Shown here: positions 58,573 to 64,000 of the stretch, piece after piece | How positions within the stretch are numbered: position 1 is the stretch's first letter | Layout: the number at the start of each line of letters is the position of its first letter | Notes under the pieces: model-generated | Seen by the model: only the letters and a program-made list of their open reading frames with translations | What the model was told of the DNA's origin: nothing | Database searches by the model: none | Position numbers and translations under genes: made by a program | Assembly (NCBI GenBank): GCA_963674595.2 | Contig: CAXXFV010000015.1 | Coordinates: 96,001-160,000 of the forward strand | From: a bacterium | Lineage (GTDB): Bacteria; Zhuqueibacterota; Zhuqueibacteria; Residuimicrobiales; Krinioviventaceae | Length of the DNA: 64,000 nt | Reading direction: 5' to 3'

Positions 58573-59700
58573 ATGGCTAACAGATACAAGATTGCCTGGT
58601 TGCCTGGAGACGGTATTGGTAACGATGTAATGGACGCAGCCCGGATTGTTTTGAAAAAATTACAACTTGACGCCGAATATATACATGGTGATATTGGCTG
58701 GGAATTTTGGCGTCAGGAGGGAAATCCTCTTCCTGATAGAACAATTGATTTACTAAAATCAACTGACTGTTGTTTGTTTGGTGCAATCACCTCAAAACCA
58801 AAAGAAGAAGCTGAACAGGAACTTGCGCCCGGTTTGCGGGGAAAAGGTTTGGTTTATTCCAGTCCTATTGTACGGTTACGGCAGGAATTTAATTTAAGAA
58901 CAAATCTGAGGCCTTGTAAAGCCTACGCCGGAAATCCGTTAAATTTTAAAGATGATATTGATATTGTTGTTTTTCGTGAAAATACGGAAGACCTTTATAG
59001 TGGTGTGGAATTTCATCCCATGCCGGAAAAGGTTATGGATGTGCTTGTCTCTAACCACCCCAAAATGAAACGGTTCGCCAATGTGCCTTTGGATGATATT
59101 GCCGTTTCCCTGCGTATTATTACCAGACAGGCTGCACAAAATATCATTCGTGATGCTTTTAAATATGCTCAACAGTTTGGTTATAAAACGGTTACTATTG
59201 TTGAAAAACCAAATGTCATTCGTGAAACCAGTGGATTAATGGTCCGTGAAGCAAGAAAAATTGCCAAAGAGTTTCCCGGTATTGATTTATGGGAAACCAA
59301 TATTGACGCTATGTGTATGTGGCTGGTTAAAAATCCGAATGATTATGGTGTTATTGTTACCAGCAACATGTTTGGTGATATAGTATCCGACCTGTGTGCC
59401 CAGCTTGTAGGTGGTCTCGGCTTTGCTGCCAGTGGGAATATTGGTGATAACTATGCTGTTTTTGAACCCACACATGGCTCGGCGCCAAAATATGCGGGCC
59501 AGTATAAAGTTAATCCCATGGCTATGCTTATAACAACACGTTTGATGCTGGATTATTTGGGCGAAACCAATCGTGCGGATATGCTGGATAATGCCATTGC
59601 TCAGGTGTTGCAACAAGGTAACGTTCGAACATATGACATGGGCGGTTCAGCCGGCACCCTGGATATTGCAAACGCTGTTGCAGATAAAATAGATATTTAA
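58573..59700 (+). CDS. Isocitrate/isopropylmalate (beta-decarboxylating) dehydrogenase family
   Basis: [21 protein letters not shown] and FEPTHGSAP motifs. Confidence 0.9.
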   Translation: MANRYKIAWLPGDGIGNDVMDAARIVLKKLQLDAEYIHGDIGWEFWRQEGNPLPDRTIDLLKSTDCCLFGAITSKPKEEAEQELAPGLRGKGLVYSSPIVRLRQEFNLRTNLRPCKAYAGNPLNFKDDIDIVVFRENTEDLYSGVEFHPMPEKVMDVLVSNHPKMKRFANVPLDDIAVSLRIITRQAAQNIIRDAFKYAQQFGYKTVTIVEKPNVIRETSGLMVREARKIAKEFPGIDLWETNIDAMCMWLVKNPNDYGVIVTSNMFGDIVSDLCAQLVGGLGFAASGNIGDNYAVFEPTHGSAPKYAGQYKVNPMAMLITTRLMLDYLGETNRADMLDNAIAQVLQQGNVRTYDMGGSAGTLDIANAVADKIDI

Positions 59701-59709
59701 GGAGATACC

Positions 59710-61857
59710 TTGAAAAAAATCAATTTTGTGATGGGGATACATAACCATCAGCCTGTCGGAAATTTTGATTTTGTATTTGAGGATGCTTATCAAAAATCAT
59801 ATTTGCCGTTTTTAGAAATTTTGGAAAAACATCCGAAAATTAAAATGGCCCAGCATTATACCGGTATTCTTTTTCAATGGATTGAAAATAATCATCCCGA
59901 ATTTTTTCCGCGTTTGCGTAAAATGGTCCAAAACGGCCAGATTGAAATGATGACGGGCGGTTTTTATGAACCCATCCTGCCGATCATTCCTGAGCAGGAT
60001 AGAATTGAACAGATACAAAAGCTTTCCAAATTTGTTAAAAAACAGACAGGTTATAACCCGATCGGAATGTGGCTGGCAGAGCGCGTTTGGGAACCGGATT
60101 TGCCTGGTTCTCTTTATAAAGCAGGTATAAAATATACAGTGCTTGACGATTCGCATTTTAAATATTCCGGCTTGCAGGACCCGGACTTGTACGGATATTA
60201 TGTTACCGAACATAATGGTTCTCCTTTAAACCTTTTCCCGATATGTGAAAAATTAAGATATACAATGCCGTTTCAACCTCCGGAAGAGACCCTGGAATTT
60301 TTACGCTCTATTGCCGCAACAGACGGACAGAATTTGGTGGTCTTTGCTGACGATGGTGAAAAATTTGGTGTTTGGCCGGAAACGTTTGAACATTGTTATG
60401 AAAACGGCTGGCTGAATGATTTTTTTACATTAATTGAAGATAATCTGGACTGGATCAATTTAATCACATTTGAACAGGCACTAGAGCAAATAAACCCCTT
60501 TGGTAAAGTCTATTTGCAAACAGCTTCCTACAGGGAGATGATGGAATGGGCCTTGCCTTCTCATGTGATTCATGATTATGAAGATTTTGAAAAATGGCTT
60601 GAAGAGAAGGCTCAATCCTTTAATTACAAACATTTTGTCCGGGGCGGATTTTGGCGGAATTTTTTAGCCAAATATCCGGAATCCAACAATCTTCATAAAC
60701 GTATGTTGTGGCAGAAAATGCGTTTTGATGCGGAGCTGTCAGACTCTAAAAGCCGCAAGGCGGGAAAAATTAAAGATCACATTTTTGCCGGGCAATGCAA
60801 CTGTGCTTACTGGCATGGTGTTTTCGGAGGTCTTTATCTGCCTCATTTACGGTCTGCTATTTACGAAAATTTAATTCAGGCTGATAATGACAATGATGCA
60901 CTGGTAAAAACGTCTGAAGAGAAAAAGCAGGGCTGGGTTAAAGTTCAATCCATGGATTTCGATGTTGACGGCAATGATGAAGTTATTGTCAGTACCGATC
61001 GTATGAACTTGTTTTTTAAACCAAATGCCGGAGCAAGTTTGTTTGAGCTGGACGTAAAAGCTAAAAATTTTAACCTGATTGATACAATGACGCGACGGGA
61101 AGAGGGGTATCATCGTAAATTATTTCAAATAATGGAAAAGTCTGCAAAGCAGGATGTAAGCAGCATACATGATATTGTTAAAGTAAAAGAAGAGGGTCTG
61201 GACAAATATCTCAATTATGACTGGTACCGACGATCTTCACTTTTGGACCATTTTTTACACCCGCAAACAACTCTGGAAAGGTTTTCCGGAGCCCATTATG
61301 GTGAACAGGGTGATTTTGTTAACCAGCCTTACTCATTTCGTGACACTGTCAAAAAAAATGTACACTATCTTAATTTTCAAAGAGATGGGCATGTTTGGTG
61401 TGGTGATGATTTTGTACCTGTCTCTTTAAGTAAAGATATTATTATCAGTCCCTTAAGCGATGAATTGGAGATAAATTATATAATTCAAAACTCTGGAAAC
61501 ATAGATATTGAATTATGGTTCGGTACTGAATTTGCATACTCATTACTGGCTGGTAATGCACCGGACCGATTTTACCAAATTGATAACATGTGTTTACAGG
61601 AACGAAATTTAGCCAGTCTCGGCAGTATTCCAAATATAAATAATATAAATTTGTTGGATGAATGGCTGGGTCTGCACATTCGTCTTGAATTTGATCAGGA
61701 GACAACTGTATGGCGGTTTCCAATTGAAACTATATCCATGTCTGAAGCAGGATTTGAAAGAATTTACCAATGTTCTGTTGTTTTCCCAAATTGGAAATTC
61801 AAGCTTGATGCCGGTAAAAGTTGGAAAACATCCATAAAGCATAAAATAATACTTTGA
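59710..61857 (+). CDS. GH57 alpha-amylase/4-alpha-glucanotransferase
   Basis: HNHQPVGN, WLAERVW, DDGEKFG and YWHGVFGGLY motifs. Confidence 0.92.
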   Translation: MKKINFVMGIHNHQPVGNFDFVFEDAYQKSYLPFLEILEKHPKIKMAQHYTGILFQWIENNHPEFFPRLRKMVQNGQIEMMTGGFYEPILPIIPEQDRIEQIQKLSKFVKKQTGYNPIGMWLAERVWEPDLPGSLYKAGIKYTVLDDSHFKYSGLQDPDLYGYYVTEHNGSPLNLFPICEKLRYTMPFQPPEETLEFLRSIAATDGQNLVVFADDGEKFGVWPETFEHCYENGWLNDFFTLIEDNLDWINLITFEQALEQINPFGKVYLQTASYREMMEWALPSHVIHDYEDFEKWLEEKAQSFNYKHFVRGGFWRNFLAKYPESNNLHKRMLWQKMRFDAELSDSKSRKAGKIKDHIFAGQCNCAYWHGVFGGLYLPHLRSAIYENLIQADNDNDALVKTSEEKKQGWVKVQSMDFDVDGNDEVIVSTDRMNLFFKPNAGASLFELDVKAKNFNLIDTMTRREEGYHRKLFQIMEKSAKQDVSSIHDIVKVKEEGLDKYLNYDWYRRSSLLDHFLHPQTTLERFSGAHYGEQGDFVNQPYSFRDTVKKNVHYLNFQRDGHVWCGDDFVPVSLSKDIIISPLSDELEINYIIQNSGNIDIELWFGTEFAYSLLAGNAPDRFYQIDNMCLQERNLASLGSIPNINNINLLDEWLGLHIRLEFDQETTVWRFPIETISMSEAGFERIYQCSVVFPNWKFKLDAGKSWKTSIKHKIIL

Positions 61858-61888
61858 TAAAAATAGTATTAATCAAATGAGGAATTTA

Positions 61889-63511
61889 ATGTTAGAGAAA
61901 AATTATATTAAAAAAGCGTTTTTAGTAATAATGGTAGTTTTGTTAGGTGTTCTCGTAGTTGGAAACATGGGGAGTCAGAAGATTTATTCATCTGATACCA
62001 CTTTTGCACAATTAGAACGCTTTAACGAAGTTTTCTATTATGTAAACAGATATTATGTTGAGGCGCCTGATAAAGAAAAGTTGATCACCGGAGCAGTAAA
62101 CGGCATGTTGAGTGAATTGGATCCTCACTCCGTTTATATTCCAAAAAAAGAGTTGGAACGTGTAAACGAACAATTTGAAGGCAGCTTTGAAGGTATTGGA
62201 ATAGAATTTATTGTTTTAAATAAAGTCCTTACTGTTGTATCTCCAATTGTAGGCGGACCTTCAGAAGCGGTAGGTTTATTACCGGGTGATCAAATTGTTA
62301 GAATTGAAGACGAGTCCGCCTATGGAATAACAGAAAATGAAGTACAAAAAAAACTACGGGGGCCAAAAGGAAGCAAGGTAAAGTTGACGATTCGCAGACC
62401 GAGTATGTCTGAAAATTTTGAAGTTGTAATAACACGTGATACGATTCCAATTTATAGTGTCATTTCTTCTTTTATTATGGATGATGGAGAAACCGGATAT
62501 GTATTGATCGGTCGTTTTGCACGAACCACTTCAGAAGAGCTGGATAAAGCGCTTGATGATCTTCAACAACAGGGTATGAAAAAACTGGTATTGGATTTAA
62601 GAGGAAATTCCGGTGGTTATCTGGAGCAGGCCTTTGAAGTTGCTGATAAATTTCTTCCCGGCGGATATAAAATCGTATATACACGCGGACGTAAAAAATC
62701 AATGGGAAGTGATCTGATTTCTACTGACCGGTCGACTCGTCCTCTCAATCCGTTAATTGTTATGATTGATCATGGTTCTGCCAGTGCTTCTGAAATTGTT
62801 GCCGGTGCAATCCAGGATTTGGACCGGGGCCTTGTTGTCGGACAGACAAGTTTTGGAAAAGGTTTGGTTCAAAATCAAATACCGCTTAAAGACGGCTCTG
62901 CGCTTCGGTTAACAATTGCAAGATACTATACACCCAGCGGTCGTCTTATTCAAAGAGATTATGATGGCGGGCTGATGGATTATTATCAGGAAGCTTATGA
63001 AGATGAATCTTCAAAACACCCTGATTCAACCAAAGTTTATAAAACACTTAGCGGCCGTACGGTATATGGTGGCGGCGGCATCACCCCTGATTCCATCTTG
63101 TCGGATATTCGTATAACCCGTTTAACAAATCGTATGATTTCCAAACGAATATTTTTTGAATATGGTTCCAATTATGCAAGTGCTCATAAAAATGAAAAAT
63201 TGGATTTTAACATGTATCGTGCAAATTTTCAGGTAACGGAACCAATGCTTGAAGACTTTAAAGAAATTATAAAAAAGCACAATATAGAATTTAGTCAGGA
63301 GGCATTTGATAAAGACATCGATTTTGTAAAAATGCTTATAAAGGCCGAAATAGCCCGAAATCTTTATAGCAGTAATCATTATTATCAAATTCGTATCTCT
63401 GCCGATTCTGAAGTTAAGCAGGCACTTGGTTTATTCCCAAAAGCAACAGAGATTTGTAAATTGCATGCGTGGGATGGATATTCCGAGAACTCGCAGCAAA
63501 AAAGATATTGA
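61889..63511 (+). CDS. ctpA: S41 family carboxyl-terminal processing protease
   Basis: LDPHS, PDZ domain, DLRGNSGG, SASASEIVAGA and FGKGLVQ motifs. Confidence 0.9.
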   Translation: MLEKNYIKKAFLVIMVVLLGVLVVGNMGSQKIYSSDTTFAQLERFNEVFYYVNRYYVEAPDKEKLITGAVNGMLSELDPHSVYIPKKELERVNEQFEGSFEGIGIEFIVLNKVLTVVSPIVGGPSEAVGLLPGDQIVRIEDESAYGITENEVQKKLRGPKGSKVKLTIRRPSMSENFEVVITRDTIPIYSVISSFIMDDGETGYVLIGRFARTTSEELDKALDDLQQQGMKKLVLDLRGNSGGYLEQAFEVADKFLPGGYKIVYTRGRKKSMGSDLISTDRSTRPLNPLIVMIDHGSASASEIVAGAIQDLDRGLVVGQTSFGKGLVQNQIPLKDGSALRLTIARYYTPSGRLIQRDYDGGLMDYYQEAYEDESSKHPDSTKVYKTLSGRTVYGGGGITPDSILSDIRITRLTNRMISKRIFFEYGSNYASAHKNEKLDFNMYRANFQVTEPMLEDFKEIIKKHNIEFSQEAFDKDIDFVKMLIKAEIARNLYSSNHYYQIRISADSEVKQALGLFPKATEICKLHAWDGYSENSQQKRY

Positions 63512-63536
63512 CTTTTAGTTCAAAAAATACTAAGTT
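63508..63536 (+). promoter_or_regulatory. Putative sigma70 promoter of exbB
   Basis: TTGACT-17bp-TAAGTT. Confidence 0.45.
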
Positions 63537-63601
63537 TATTTGTTAAGCCAGAATTTAATCAACAAACTAATATATTTAATTGATTTGGAGGAAAGTACAG
63601 A

Positions 63602-64000
63602 ATGGTTGAAAAGTTCGTACAAGGTGGCGCTTTTATGTGGCCGATTCTATTTCTTTTGGTTTTCGGTTTTGCTATCAGTCTAGAGCGCCTATGGACGCTA
63701 ACCCGCGCTTCAGTAAACACCCGTAAGTTTTTGGCTAAAGTTAAAGAAGCCTTGACAAACGGTGGTGTTACTGAGGCTTTAGAAGTTTGCCAAAACACCC
63801 GTGGTCCTGTTGCTTCAATTTTCCATGCCGGTTTAATGAGAGCGGATCGAGGAATTGAACACGTAGAAAAATCAATTACCAGTGCCGGTTCAATTGAAAT
63901 GGCCTTTTTGGAACGAGGATTGATCTGGCTGGCTACAGTTATCAGTGTTGCCCCTATGCTTGGGTTTATCGGTACAGTTCAGGGTATGATCGGTGCTTTT
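63602..64000 (+). CDS. MotA/TolQ/ExbB proton channel protein (3' truncated)
   Basis: Translated by hand: SD GGAGG, MVEKFVQGGAFMWPI...APMLGFIGTVQGMIGAF; open to the window end. Confidence 0.9.
   Translation, partial: MVEKFVQGGAFMWPILFLLVFGFAISLERLWTLTRASVNTRKFLAKVKEALTNGGVTEALEVCQNTRGPVASIFHAGLMRADRGIEHVEKSITSAGSIEMAFLERGLIWLATVISVAPMLGFIGTVQGMIGAF

Noticed and set aside
137-63798. Many short antisense or alternate-frame ORFs in the track
   Set aside because: They lie inside well-supported genes, show no motifs, and are explained as shadow ORFs.
1-64000. CRISPR arrays, IS elements, integrases, prophage or defence genes, including next to the tRNA cluster
   Set aside because: No regularly spaced repeats, transposase/integrase motifs or duplicated tRNA 3' ends were seen.

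Overview
AT-rich chromosomal window from a Gram-negative bacterium. Gene content suggests the FCB superphylum, possibly a KSB1/Calditrichota-like lineage (inference from PorV-like genes, group II GGGP synthase and an LPS heptose pathway; not proven). 1-12022 is on the minus strand. It holds LPS/lipid A genes, tsaC and a gluzincin peptidase, then an unusual signalling block: two receiver-DUF4388 proteins with Asp-to-Glu receivers, two P-loop-less MglA/CvnD-like pseudo-GTPase domains and a 4-Cys protein. Upstream of that block is a highly divergent ECF-sigma-like gene with a zinc-finger anti-sigma-like partner, preceded by a sigma54 promoter, tandem enhancer-like palindromes and a structured leader. 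12443-64000 is on the plus strand and mostly housekeeping: 5 tRNAs, tadA, a large Alu-type SRP RNA, dnaX with an A9/A_AAA_AAG slippery site, ybaB, recR, pgpA-cinA-thpR-recA-recX, alaS, GGGP synthase, gmhA, a frameshifted hflX, an NtrC regulator, folC, rho-rpmE-prfA-prmC, PMM/PGM, rnr, a catalytically degenerate PdxJ, tryptophanase, a T9SS/PorV-like cluster, GH57, ctpA and exbB. I found no CRISPR array, rRNA or mobile element. All family assignments come from motif recognition by eye, not database searches.
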